Assembly (NCBI RefSeq): GCF_009914755.1
Contig: NC_060926.1
Length of the DNA: 64,000 bases
Source: the human T2T-CHM13v2.0 reference genome, Homo sapiens
Reading direction: 5' to 3' (one strand)
This document shows, piece after piece, positions 1-15,169 of this stretch. The notes beneath the pieces are model-generated. The model did no database searches, was not told the origin of the DNA, and saw nothing but the letters and a program-made list of their open reading frames with translations. Both the position numbers and the translations under genes were made by a program. Positions within the stretch are counted from its first letter, which is position 1. Each line of letters opens with the position of its first letter.

Positions 1-1680
1 CCCTCCATCTAACAACTGCAGAATATACAATCTTCTCAAGTGCACATGGAACATTCTCTAGGAAATGCCATATGCACATAGCACAAATATCAATAATTTA
101 AAATGGAAACAATATAAAGTATGTTCTCCGACAATAATGGAACAAAATGAAAAATCAGTAACAGAAAGACATCTGGGATACTCACAAATATGTGGAATTG
201 AACAGTACACTGCTAAGTAACACATGGATCAAAGAAGACATCCAAAAGAAAATTAAAAATACTTTGAAATGACTTAAAATAAAGACACACTTCAGAATAT
301 TTATGAAATGCAGCTGAAGCAGTGTTTTGAGAAAAACTTATAGCTGTAAATGCTGACAGTAAAAAAAATAAAAGAAAATTCAAATCAATAACAACCTACT
401 TTAAGGCACTGCAAAAAAAAAAAAATGAAAAAAAAAACTGAACCCAAAGCAAGTGGAAATAAAGAAATAATAAAGGTTAGGCAACAGAATTATGAAACAG
501 AATAGAAAAGCAGTAGAGAAAGTTAATGCAAGCAAACATGTTTCGTTGAAAATCTCAACAAAATGGACAGAATATCAAAAAATACTTCAGCTAGACTGAC
601 CATAAAAAAGGCTCAAATAAATTGGAAATGAGAGATCATTAATATAACCTTACAGAAATAAAAAGAATTTCAAGAAATGCTTGAAAAATTGTATGTTAAT
701 AATTAATTCAATAAAATGGACAATTTCCTAGAAAAACACAAATATAGAATAATAATAATAATGATCCAGACAGAAAAGCCCAGGGCCAGACAGCCTCCCT
801 GGTGAATTCTACAAAACATTTTTTAAAAAAATTAATGGACATAGTTTTTTCAAAAAAATCATTTAAAAATAGAAGGGGTGTGACCGCTACTCAGTTTATT
901 CTATGAAGCTAATAGTACCTTGATACCAAAACCAAAGCAATGTATCACAACATAAAAGACTGCAAATGAATATTCCTTTTGTATATAGACATAAAAATCT
1001 TAAACAAAATACTAGCAAATACAATTTAGCAAATTAGAAAAGCCTTGTGGAATTTATCTCAGAAATGCAAAGTGGCTTTAATAACCAGACATCAATTAAT
1101 TTTATACACCATATCAATGAAATAAAAGTTGAAAGTCACATAATCATCCCAGTAAACACAGAAAAAGCATTCACAAAATCCAACATCCTTTTATAATAAA
1201 ATCCCTCAACAAATTAGAAATAGATGTGAACTTCCACAACTGGATAAAAAAAAATTTCCCCACCACGCCAAAAAAAAACCATAGCTCACATAATACTTAA
1301 TGCTAAATGACTGGATGCTTTCCCCCTAAAATGAGAAAGAAATTGTACAATTTCATTGTTTCTATTCAATACTGTAGTAGAGATTCTAGCCAGGGTAATT
1401 AGATAAGAAAACAATGGGCACTCAAATTAGAAAGAAAGAAAATTATTTCTACTTGCAGATGATATTATATTGTATATAAAAATCTTAAAGAGTCCACTAA
1501 AAAGTGATTATAAACAATTAAAAAGGTTGTAAGATGTAAGATTAATAAATAAAAATCAATTGTATTTCTGTGCATTAGTGATGAGGAATATGAAAATAAA
1601 TTAACAGAATAATTTCATTGACAACAGCATATAAAAATACTTAGAACTTAATTTAAAACAAGTGCAAAACTTATTTTTAC
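1..1680 (+). mobile_element. Old L1 (L1M-type) ORF2 fragment, endonuclease to RT region, decayed
   Basis: Opens with an EN-like frame LHLTTAEYTIFSSAHGTF; RT-region remnants include 'gaaaaagcattcacaaaatccaaca' and 'cttgcagatgatattat' (LADD); many stops and indels. Confidence 0.85.
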
Positions 1681-2465
1681 TACTTATATTTCAGGAAGTA
1701 ATGATACCAATTTACTACAATGTATTACAGAATATGAACTCTATGATCTATCATTATCATCATATAAAAACTGGATAAAGACAAATAAAACTACAGAGAT
1801 ATAGCTCTCATAAACATTCATGTAAAAATCCACAACAAAATAGTAGCAAGTTTAATCTAACAAAGAATAAATAAATGGTATTATACACCATAAGCAAGCA
1901 GGATTTATTCTGGGTATGCAAGGCTGGTTAAACTTTTAAAAATCAATTAATATAATCCTTCACATCAATAAGCTAGAGAGGAAATATCACATAACTGCAT
2001 CCATACATGCAAGAGAAAAAGCATTTCAAAAAGTCTAACACCCATTCATAATAAAAATCTCTCAGCAAAGTAAAAATAGAGGGGCACTTTTTCAACTTGA
2101 TGAAGGACGTCTGCAAAGAGCCTACAGATAACATGATACTTAATGAAATAAAAGGCATTTCCTATAATACTGGAATAAAGCAAGACTCTCTTTGCTCACT
2201 ACTCCTATTCAAAGTTGCACTAGAATCTTTGATAGGGCAAGAATACAAGAAAATAAAATAAAAATTACGCAGATTGAACAGGAAGAAATACAACCATCTT
2301 TATTCTTAGATTACATAATTGTATATATAAAAAGTCGACAACAAAAAATATTTGGAACTAATAACATGTATAGCAAGGTCACAAGATCCAAGATTAATAT
2401 ACATATTCAATTTTTTTATATTTCACTACCGAAAAATTAAAATTTGACATTTTAAAAATATTACT

Positions 2466-2867
<402 letters not shown>

Positions 2868-2894
2868 TCAAAGATCTGAAGAAATGGAGATACC

Positions 2895-3729
<835 letters not shown>

Positions 3730-6107
3730 GAAATAAAGATATTTTTTATGTTCATGGATCAGAATATTCAATATTGTTTCAATTTTAACCTTCTCAAATT
3801 GATGTATAGAGTCAATGAAATCTCAATAAAAATTCCAGCTAGCCATGTTGTAGATATTGATGAAATCACTCTTGAATTGTAATAAAACTCAAAGAACCTA
3901 CAGTAGCCAATACATCGCTGAAGAAGGAGAACCAGGTTATAGGACTCATACTATGCAAATTTAAGACTTCCTATAAAGCCACAGTATTCAGCCAGCATGG
4001 AATTGGTGAAAGTATTAGACACATAGATCAATGTAAAGAGACTGAGAACCCAGAAGTAGATCCACACAAATATAGTCAATTGATCTTTGACAAATGACCA
4101 AAAGCAATTCAATAGATAGCCTTTTCACAAATAATACTAGAACAGTTGGACATCCAATTAAAAAAAAAGAAAAGAAAAGAAAAAGAAAACAAATGAACCT
4201 AGACACAGACCTTAAAAGTTACAACTTTCGCAAAAATTAACTAAGAATGAATAATAGGATTAAATTTAAAATGTAAAACTAAAAATATGTAGAAAAAAAC
4301 ATAGGAGAAAATATATGTAGCCCTGGATTTGGTAATGAGATTTTCATGCAACAACAAAATTACAATTTATGAAAGAAAAAAACAATTAATTACACACTTA
4401 AAACTAAAAACTTCTTCTCAAAAGAGTCACTGTTAAGAGAAGAAAAGGACAAGCCACAGACTAGGAGAAAATATTTGCAAAATACATGCCTAATTAAAAA
4501 CTCATTCCAAAATATACAAATAACTCTTAGAAGTCAAGTAGAAGAAAGCAAACAACTCACTTTTAAAATGGCCAAATATTTCAAAACACATCTCAACAAA
4601 GAAGATAGGCAGATGCAAATAGTGTCAGAAAACATGTTCAATACTACTTGTTGTATTAAAAATGAAAATTAAAATAACCATAAAGTACCACTCCATACCT
4701 ATTTGGCTAAAACCTAAAAGCCGACAGGATTAAACACTGGTGACGAATCAAAGCAACTAGAATGTTAATTTATTGCTCATGGGAATGCAAAATGGCACAG
4801 CCTTTGTGGAGTGGAGTTTGTTAGTTTACAAAGCTAAACATTGCCTTACCATTTAGTCCAGCAATCAGGTTCCTAGGTATTTACCTATCTAATGAGTAAA
4901 GTTATGTCCACACAAAAACCTTAACATGAATATTTATAGCACCAGTATTTATAATCACCAAAACCTGGAACCAACTTCAGTAGGTGTAAGGATAAACAAC
5001 CTGTGGCACATCCCACATCCGTAGAATGGAATATTTTTGGCCAGAACATTAAGTGAACAATCAACTCACAAAAATATGTGGATGTGTCTTAAATTTATAT
5101 TAAATGTATATTGCTGAGCAAAAGAGGGCAATCAGTAAAAGTATTTATAAGATTCTTATGATTCCAATTATATGATATTCTGGGAAAGGTAAATTATACA
5201 GATACAAAGAGGGTAAAATGGTCAGTGGATACTGGGGATTGGGTTTAGGGAGGGAGAGTTGAATAGGTGCAGCACGGGAATTTTAGGACGATGAACCTAT
5301 TCTGTATGCTACTATAAAGGTGGAAAAATGGCATATTGCATTTGTCAAAACCAATAGAAGGTTATAGCAGAAACAGTACACTTGAATTTTTAAAAATTCA
5401 TTCAGTAGGTCAGAGGATTCCAGAAAGGAATGTAGAATATGACAAAAGAATCTAACAAAATATTACTAATGTATAAAGCAAACTCACTAAAGGAAGTGAG
5501 AGGGAAAGGCGCTAATATAAGTAATTTCTGAAATGAGTGGAGTCTAGAAGTCGAAAAGTAAAAGAAATTGTACAAAAAATACTATACTCTAGTTGGAAAA
5601 GTTGTTTATTATGGAGATAAGGGATAATAGTTTTCATACCAATATATACATGTATGCTGAAATCAAACAATTAAATGACTGAATGGTGGATGGCAGAAGC
5701 TGGGTTTCTCACTGTTGAAGTGGGAGGTTACAAATAAGCAAGGTAATAAAGCTAGAACGATATATGTGTGATGGATTATAGTTGGAGACATCAGTATAAC
5801 TTTATTTTTAGCTTAATATATCCACAATATATGCATCGATATGGATCTTTACATATGTGTATATGCAACCCATTGTGTATATATGGATCTATATAATCTG
5901 TATGTGAATGTCTATAAATATACAACCCACACATGTGTTAGTATACGTGCACATATTTCTTTGCTCTGTTGGCTGAAAGGACCTAGAAATAAAAAGATAT
6001 GCAATATTAAGGAGTATAAGTAGTGTCGAGATCTTGGTTTCTAATCCCACTACCAGTAAAGGGAACCAGTTTTCTAAGGAAAATGGCTGATACTAGGACT
6101 GGGGCAG

Positions 6108-6472
6108 TGTCTTGGTCTGTTTTATGGTGATATCTGTCTTACTCAGATGTGTGATAGAACATCTGAGACTGGGTAATTAACAAAAAGAAATTTATTCTCA
6201 GGGTTTTAGAGGCTGGAATGTTCAAGATCAAGCCACCAGCATCTCGTATAGGCCTTCTACCTGTGTCCTCACCTGGGAGAAGAATGGAAGAGACAGAAAG
6301 AGGAAGCACCCATTCCCACCCTTTTTAATAGCATAATTAATCCATTCACGAGGGAGAAGCCTCATAACCTAAGCACCTCTCATTAGGCCCCACCTTCCAA
6401 TACTGTTGAAATTAGGCATTAAGTTTCCAATGCAAGAATTTTGGAGAGAACAAAAATATTTAAACTATAGCA
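6108..6472 (-). mobile_element. MaLR solo LTR (MST/MLT1A-like)
   Basis: TG...CA ends; 5-bp TSD GGCAG (6103-6107 and 6473-6477); 'ctgagactgggtaatt', 'aggccccaccttccaatact'. Confidence 0.85.
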
Positions 6473-7449
6473 GGCAGGAAATATGCAAGATGAGCCTTCA
6501 GCATCTTAACGTGCCAGAAAGTAAAGAAACAGCAAACACAGAAAACATGTCAAAGGGACAGAAAAGCTAACTGAAAGAGTACTCAGCCAATCTGAAATAA
6601 TTTGAGCAACAAAATATTGTTGAATTATAACCTGAAGTATAAAATAAATATCTATGAGTTCATGCTGACATAAATAAATGTGGGATAAAAAATAAACAGG
6701 AAAGAAGAGAAAATTTTCAAGTGAAGAAAAATTTCAGATAACTTCTGTAATACTTTATCTTCAAGGAGGAGGAGCTTAACTCCCCACTCCTTAACTGTGG
6801 ACTAAACACAATGACTTCTTTCTAAAAGTACAATTTTGAAAATGAAGAAAAGGGTAACTTTACATTGAAGAAACATAGCTGACACTACCTCGACCAAGTA
6901 ATCAAGGTCAAAATCAACACTGATAAGTCATATAGATAGCATGAACTCTTGATATGATGTCATGAAAATAGCACTTTACCTTTCTGGTCTCCATCCTAAA
7001 ATGCTGTAAGCCCAATCTAATCAGACAAATCTTAGTTGGGCAAGATTCTATAAACTATCTAATCTTATTATAATTCCTCAAAACTGTCAAGGTCATCAAA
7101 TACAAGGAAAGTCTGAGAAACTGTCACAGCCTATGGAGCCTAAAAAGCCAAAGCCAAAACTACTAAATGCGATGTGGTGGTATCTTTTAGAGGATCCTAG
7201 AACAGAAACGAGACATTAGGTAAAATATAAGGAATTCTGAATACAGCATGGACTCCAGCTAATAATAATTGGCTACATTCCTTATAAATGTGCCAATATA
7301 GGTTCGTTAGCTATAATAAATACACCATATTAATGTAAGATGTTAATAAAAGGGGAAACCAGTTGCAAGGTGTATGAAAACTATCTGTACTACCTTGGCA
7401 ATTTTTGTACTATCTTCATAAGAAATATTTTAAAATAAAATATTTATTA

Positions 7450-7588
7450 GAAAGAGAGAGAAGAGAGGAAGGGAGAAAGGGAAAAAGGAAAGAAAGCAGT
7501 GGAAGGAAGGGAAGACGGAAAGAAAAAAGAAAAAAGATGGAAGAAAGGAAAGAAGAAAGGGAGGGATGGAAGGAGGGAGGGGGAAGAG
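7450..7588 (+). repeat. GA-rich low-complexity tract at the L1 tail
   Basis: Near-pure purine (GAA/GGAA) run. Confidence 0.85.
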
Positions 7589-7668
7589 CAATCTTACCAT
7601 GGCAAAGACTTACATCTTAGACTGTGAAAATGTAGTCTAAAGGGATTTTAATGTTTTTAGCAGACACA

Positions 7669-7755
7669 AATTGGAGGAATAAGGTTTATTCCACAAACCA
7701 CTCACTAGAAGCTTACTAGTGAGTGGTTTGTGGAATAAACCTTATTCCTCCAATT
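7669..7755. repeat. Perfect inverted repeat, 40-bp arms, 7-nt spacer
   Basis: 7669-7708 is the exact reverse complement of 7716-7755; spacer AAGCTTA. Confidence 0.98.
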
Positions 7756-8190
7756 ATTTATGGAATGTTCCCTTTTCCAGTCTCTCGGAACCTCTTTGTC
7801 TTTACATGAATGAAAGATCAATGGCAGTTGTCTAATTTAGACATTCTCTTGAGACCCTGGTGTGTACTTGAGATTGGTCAAAAGGTTTGAACTCATGCAA
7901 AGCAAATATGTTTATTCTTACAATCTTTTTACCCATCATGAGTGTATTTACTTTGCTTTCAGTAATGTTCATTCCACACTTTATAGTCCAAAGCTTATTC
8001 TTCTTGACAGGGAAGAAAAAAAGCAAAATAGGAGTCAAGCAGTTTCATTGCACCAGTATAGTTCAATAATGTTTAGTTAATGTTTTGTTTGTGTGTTTCT
8101 CTAAATGTACCTAAAAGGTACATGTATATGCATGTACATGTATGCCCATGTATGGAAACATTCTTTTTCGGAACCATTAAATTACCTTGG

Positions 8191-8597
8191 CGTCTTAATC
8201 TGTTTGTGCTGCTATTAATATAAAGGAATATCTGAGACTTGGTAATTTATAAATAAAAAAGGTTTGTTTTACTTATCACTGTGCTGGCTGGAAGATCAAG
8301 AATCTGATGAAAGACTTAGGCTACTTCCACTCAAGGCAAAGGGGAGCCCATGTGTGCAGAGATCACGTAGTGACAGAGGAAGTGAGAGGAGAGGTGCCAT
8401 GCTTTTTCTTAAACAACCAGCTCTCCCAGGAACTAATATAGTGAGAATTCGCTTGCCCCTCTTCATAGGGAGGGCATTAATCTGTTCATGAGGGCTCTAC
8501 CTTCATGATCCAAGCACCCCAATCATGCTTCACCTCCAACATTGGGGATCAAATGTCAACATGAGGTTTGGATGGTACAAATATTCAAACCATAGCA
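8191..8597 (-). mobile_element. MaLR solo LTR (MSTB-like)
   Basis: TSD CTTGG (8186-8190 and 8598-8602); ends 'aacatgaggtttgg...aaaccatagca'. Confidence 0.88.
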
Positions 8598-9286
8598 CTT
8601 GGACATAAATCATTAGGCATTTCTTAAATGTACATGTTACCCATCTATATTTAGCATTGCACATCAAATATCTGGGTACGACCTTTTAAGAATTTGATCT
8701 TAGAGAAAGAAAATTCACTACTTCATCATCACTATCACCATCATCGTCATCATTTCTCATTACATTACTATGAGGTAATTTCCAGAATGAAGTCATATTA
8801 CAAATCACCTAGTGAGTTATTTCTAAAGTCAGATCACAGAGTCAAAATGAGGTACATTTCACCAACAATGCAGAGTATATATGGTTTTCTGTTCACTATT
8901 TCTTGAAGCATCTGACAAACCAGATTTCCGCTTCAACATTACAAAGAATTGATGCTATTGTGAATAAAGCCATTGGCTTATGGGAATAAACCAAATTTAT
9001 ATTTAAACACAAATTCCTTAGTAACCCTTGTACTATATGAAGTATTTAAATAAAATAAAATACCATGACATTCTTTATCCCAATTTTCAGACAATAAAAC
9101 TGAGACTTTGAGAGGTTATGGAACCTCAACCAATTAAATAAGGTTATATAACCATGTGTGTGTGCATCTGTGTGTGTATATATGTCATTATATATTACAC
9201 ATATATAAGAATGCCTATATTATATATATATGTGTATGTAAAAAAACACTTCTATACACACATATATGGCTAAATAAGGTTATTTA

Positions 9287-11049
9287 TACGCTAAGAAAGT
9301 TCAAAAAGTTCATGAAAAATGCCTACTATGGGAAAATTGTACATGGTTTTGTTTTTGAAATAAACAAAAATAAATTTGCCAACTTTTAATAACATCTCTG
9401 AGCAGAATCTAATTTGAGGTATTAAGAAGGATAAGATATCAGATTGAAAAGAGCCCCTATCAGAGCAATAAAAATCCTGCTAAAATTGAAGCAAGGGCAG
9501 ATATCAAATTTATGATACAGCTTGAGTGGAAGAATGATGAAATCACTGATGCTTTATGAAAAGTTTGTGGGAACAATGACACATTTTACAAATGAGTAAT
9601 TCATTTTAAGAAGGGACAAAAGAATGCTGAAGATGAAACCCACAGCAACACATCATCCACATCGATATGCAAGAAAAAATTAATTTTGTTCATGCCTGTA
9701 TTAGGATTCTCTAGAGGGACAGAATAGGATAGATGTATATATAAAGGGGAGTTTATTAAGGAGTATGACTCACACAATCACATGGTGAGGTCACAATAGA
9801 CTGTCTGCAAGCTGAGGAGCAAGGAAGCTAGTCTGAGCCCCAAAACCTCAAAAGTAGGGAAGGTGACAGTGCACCCTTCAGTCTGTGGTCAAAGGTCCAA
9901 GAGTCCCAAAGCTGAAGAACTGGGAGTCCAATGTTTGAGGGCAGGAAGCATCCAGCATGGGAGAAAGATGTAGGCTGGAAGACTAAGCCAGTCTAGTCTT
10001 TCCACATTCTTCTGCCTGCTTTTATTCTGGCTGCACTGGCAGCTGATTAGATGGTGCCCACCCAGATTAAGGGTCTGCCTGCCTATCCCAGTTCACTGAC
10101 TCAAATGTTAATCTCCTTCCGCAGCAACCTCACAGACACACCTAGGAACAATACTTTGCATCCTTCAATCCAATCAAGTTGACACTTAATACTAACCATC
10201 AAAACGCCCTAACTGAGGAAGGCTGACAATAAACAGCATAAACAGACAACACTATACATATATTAATTGGTTTGGTATTACACAATTCTGATTAAAAAAT
10301 TATCATTGAACAAACTTTTCGCTTGATGGGTACCAAAACTATTGCACCAGATCAGGTGCAGACCAGAGCAGAGCTTTCAATGAAAATTTTAGACAAGTAA
10401 GATCAAGATCCTGAAGCATTTCTTCAAAAAATTTTAATAGGAGATAAAACTTGGCCTTGCCAGTGTGATCTTAAGACAAAGCACAATCAAAGCAATGGCT
10501 ACCAAGTGGTGGAAGTGGATTTGTCAAGAGCAAAGACATTGGCAACAGTTCTTTAAGATGCTCAAGGCATTTTGCTTGTTGACTTTCTGGAGGGCCAAAG
10601 AATGATAACATCTGCTTATTATGCATGTTGTAAAAAAGTTAACCAAAGCTTTAGCAGGAAAACTCCTAAGAAAGCTTCACCAGTGAGTCCTTCACCACGA
10701 AAACGCACCTGCTCATTCCTCTCATTAAGCAAGGGCAAATTTGTGAGAGTTTTAATAGAAAATCATGAGGCATCCATCATACTGTCCTGATGTGGCTGCT
10801 TCTGACTTATTTTTGTTTCCTAATCTGAAAAAGCTATAAGGACACCCATTTTGTTTTTCAGTTATTTTAATGTAAAAGTGACTGCACTGACATGGTTAAA
10901 TTCCTAGGACTCTCAGTTCTTAGGGATGAACTAAATGGCTGATATCATGGCTTATAAAAGTATCTTGAACTTGATAGATCTTATGTTGAGAAATAAAGTT
11001 TGTAATTTTTATATTTTATTTTTCACAAACTTTTTGAAATCCCTTTATA
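9287..11049 (+). mobile_element. HSMAR2 mariner transposon, near full length, transposase pseudogenised, split by an MLT2A LTR
   Basis: Terminal inverted repeat (TIR) cores at 9300-9320 and 11018-11038 (19/21 inverted match). Transposase remnants AKIEARADIKFMIQLEWKN, WVPK, IGDKTW (TGDETW), ILLVDFLEGQRMITSAYY, YCPDVAASDLFLFPNLKK (YSPDLAPSD motif). Confidence 0.92.
9697..10203 (-). mobile_element. ERVL solo LTR (MLT2A-type) nested in HSMAR2
   Basis: Antisense of MLT2A start 'gatggttagtattaagtgtcaacttgattggattgaaggatgcaaagtattg'; TSD ATGCC/ACGCC (9692-9696 and 10204-10208). Confidence 0.92.
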
Positions 11050-12529
11050 TAAATATGTATAAACTTATACACACACACACACGCTGTAAGTTGTCAAAGT
11101 TCCAGTTTCTGTATTTGTGTGTGCATGTATGTGTGTAAATATAAATTCAGGCTATCTGACTCTGCTCTGCCACTCTGAAGTGTCAAACAATAAAATTTAA
11201 AAAATGATAGTGAGTAGGTGAGTGAGGAACAGGCTATCACGGAGCCAGAAATGGTCTGAGTGCAGGGTGGGGACACAGAAAACATCTGGATTCTGGTCTC
11301 CTGAAGAGGCTGGCCCTGCCCTAAGGAATTCTGAGTGGTCGCTCAGCTGACTAACGCCCAGGGATCTGTGCTTTTTGAATATGCCATGATTCTTCTGAAG
11401 GACTTCTCTGTTTATAAACCCCCTGAGAGGAGACAGATCCCTGCTTCCCCACCTTTGAAGTCATCATTCCTGTTCCACTCACCACTAGGATCTGTGGGGA
11501 TCTTTAGTTTCTTTGCCTGTAGAATGAGAGATGAAGGAACTTCCTTAGAGGAATATTTAAAGGAATAGTGCCATGTGTGTAAGCTGCCTTGTGTGGCATC
11601 TGGCTCCTACAAAGTATTAAAGGAGGGAAAAAGAGGATCTTTAAAGAATCTGAAAGAAAGGGGATGCTGGAAATTGGGGTGAGCAGGAGGGCTTCTCAGA
11701 GGGGCAAAATTGGAGGTAAGGCCTAAGAAAGGTGGCCCATGTTTGAGAGCTTCAGGGGGCATAATTGAAGGGAAGACAGTGGCTCAGGCTGTACGAGCAG
11801 AAAAAACTGGGGGTCTTAAAAACCAAGAGATGACTCAGACTTCCTGCTGAGAAGTGTGTCTTGCTAGCATCTCTCCATCACTCCCACATGGTGACAGCTG
11901 AGAAAGGAAGGCAGGAAAGAATGTTGACCTGCTCAGCATCCCCTGGAGAAGAGAGAAGCGACATGTGCTATGAAGCCATGTTTCAGGGGGTAGGGCCCAG
12001 GGGACAATAATTTGGGGAAGCCGTTTTAAGAAAGTCACACATCTCTAAATGTGAAGAAACAGAAAGCAAAGATGAAGAGATCAGTTAGAAAGGAGATGAA
12101 TTAGAGATGGAGGATGTTGAGAGAAAAATAAAACTGCAAGGGGCAAAGAATGGAGACGGGGGGATCCAGAGGCAACTTCACAACCGGAAAGCAAAAACCA
12201 TGGGCACTTCGTATTAAGGGACCATGGTCCCTTAAAATATTTCTGAATCTGACAATCGGTACCAACAGCCTCAGTATCTGAGTCTAGATACAACAGAACT
12301 CAGGCCAAAAGCCTCTCCCAGCTGCTTGTATTTATAATCAAATATGCCGGGAGCCTCCAGGGATAGCCACGGTAACCTGCAAGCTGAGAGGCTCAAGCCA
12401 TGTGACAGTTCAGGAGTCTCCTCAGGGAACAGCAGGGCTTTTATTAGCTCAAAATCAGCCTGGAAAAATGTCCTTAAGCTATAGTTATGGAGGTGTCAAC
12501 ATCTTTGCAAGTCACTATAACAGAGTTTT

Positions 12530-12760
12530 AAGACACAAAGTTTTAAGTCCAGCACCCCTATTTGAAAACCTGTTACATATTAGCTATATGAGCTAACCTT
12601 TACTGCCTTCCTGAGCCCCAATTTTCTTATTTTTAAAATGGAGATAATAACACCTACATCTCAGGGTTGTTAAAAGGATTAAAGAAGATGAGTGTAACAA
12701 GGGCAGAATGTCATCCAACTACTGAATGCTCAATGAATGATAACCTGTTAGTAGTTTTAG
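12530..12760 (+). mobile_element. MIR
   Basis: Core 'ctgagccccaattttcttatttttaaaatggagataataacacctacatctcagggttgtt'. Confidence 0.8.
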
Positions 12761-14720
12761 CATAACAGTTACTTATAATATCATTAGAATTAAAACTAGC
12801 ATTGCTTTTTTGTTGTCCACATTTGTCTTTGTCTTCTATGTATTTAGGAAGCATTTCTTAAAATAGTCATCTATTTTTTCTCTGGAACAAGGGTACGAAA
12901 CACCAGAATTCAAGGTTGCCATATAGCCGACTTCATTCTATTATACTAGGGGTCTCCAGGTCTTTCTCTCTCCCTTCTCTCCCTCTCTCCTTTCAATGGT
13001 GAGAAAACTGGGAGTAAGGCAGACAAGTCAGGGCATTAAAGCAAGAAAAGCCAGATTTAGACCAGAAAACAAAACACCTTCCAAACAAATTATTCACCTA
13101 CATCAAATAACTCTTCTTATCATTCTCATACAGAAAACTTTAAGAATTTATTCCTTTGCTCTTGTCCCCAGATCTGAATTTTCCATCAGAGTCCCACTGC
13201 CATTTTATTATAAAGTTCTGACACCAAGATATGGGATCATTTATGAGGCCATTTTATGGATAAAAAAATGGCTAAGAAAATTAATGGCTCATTTTGATTT
13301 AGTCTTCTCTCCTGCCCAGTAATGACTTTGGATGCAATCCTATTGACCTTCTCTGCTTTTGTTCCCATCAAAATCGATACAGTATGCAAGGTCATAAATT
13401 TGCTTTGGCTGGCTTTCAGTTCATTCCAGGACCCAACGCTCCCCCTGCAAACTGGGTGATAATGAAGTTATGGGTGAGGAGGCCTCCTTTAATCAGCAAT
13501 CATTACATTGGGGCCTGGCTTTAAAGTAAATGACAAATTGGCAGCCTCAGAGCCAGTGGGGTTTGGGGAATTATTGATCAAGAAGCAGCTTTGGAAACTT
13601 AAAACTTTACCTGGAGCTTCATAGACAATGAGTAGCAGCTGCTAGGTAACAGGTTCAAACCATTTTCTTAATAAGGTTTATTTCCAGCAGCATCCGAGTG
13701 AATACCATTAATTTGGTTCCTCATGGAAGTGGGTCCTATCCAGCTCCAAAAGTATATGATACATAAAAAGGACCATACAGAGTATCCATATACATTTTGC
13801 AGATAATAAGACTGAACATGTACTTACCCTCCACCAACTTAAGAAATAGAATACTCTTGTATCTCAAAGAATCCACAACCCTCACTCTTGGATGTAACCA
13901 CAAATCTGATTTTTGTGATAATATCGTCTTTTCATTATATTTTATCACTTGTAGATATGTTCATGAATAATATATTGCTTTATATTGGGTTTTTAAATTT
14001 AAATAAAAATGTAATTTGAGTTCATAAGTGAGATCAACATTAGTTGTCTTCTGTGACTTTCTACTTTTATTTGGAATATTTTTTGAGACTCACTAACATT
14101 ATGCAAGTGACTGGTTCATTCACAATAACTGTTTTATAATAGTCTGTTATTTGAATAAACCACAATTCATGTTTTCTTTCCACTGCTGATAGACCTTTTC
14201 AGGTTTTGTGTTAGTTCATTTTATTATTATTTAAAAGCTACCGTAAGCCTCTTCCTGCACATCTCTTAGACTGCACAGGCAAGAGTGTGAATGAATACAT
14301 CCAAGAGCAGTTTCTGATTCTTAGGATACACTGAGCTTTACTGCATAATGCTGGTTTATACCAAGTTGGTTTATACCCATTTTCACTCTTATGAACAAGA
14401 GATTCCACTGCTCTCTGATATCCAAAATGCTTAGTATTTTATGGCTTTAAAAAAAACTTGGATAAATTTCGTGGATGTAAAATTATATCTAATTGTGGCT
14501 TTAGTTGGTTTTAATTAGAATCTCAGAAAACTGAAGAGATTGAGCGTCTTTTCATTCATTTATGGGCCATTTGTATTTTTTCATCTACACAATATCTGTT
14601 TATATGTTTCACCCATGTTTACACTAGGTTGTCTATTTCTCATTGATTTCTAGAAATTTTTAAATATATTTTGGATGCCAAAACTTTGTCAGTAATATAT
14701 ATTGCAAATACTCTTTGTAG

Positions 14721-15064
<344 letters not shown>

Positions 15065-15169
15065 TTTTTTTTTTTTTTTTTTTTTTTCAGTTATTCAAGG
15101 GTAATGTGATTTCAAGTTTAGTAACCCGGCCAAGACTTGAATATCAATCCTCAAGTTTTGTTTGCCTTG

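Noticed and set aside
7405-7620. Lys/Glu/Arg-rich 71-aa ORF
   Set aside because: Translation of the GA-rich low-complexity tract.
8694-8906. His-rich ORF
   Set aside because: Comes from a degenerate (CAT)n microsatellite.
15065-15160. Poly-T tract beside the Alu 5' end; the minus strand ends ...CTGA-poly(A), like a retroposed C/D snoRNA
   Set aside because: No canonical RTGATGA C box, no TSD, and no snoRNA I recognise.
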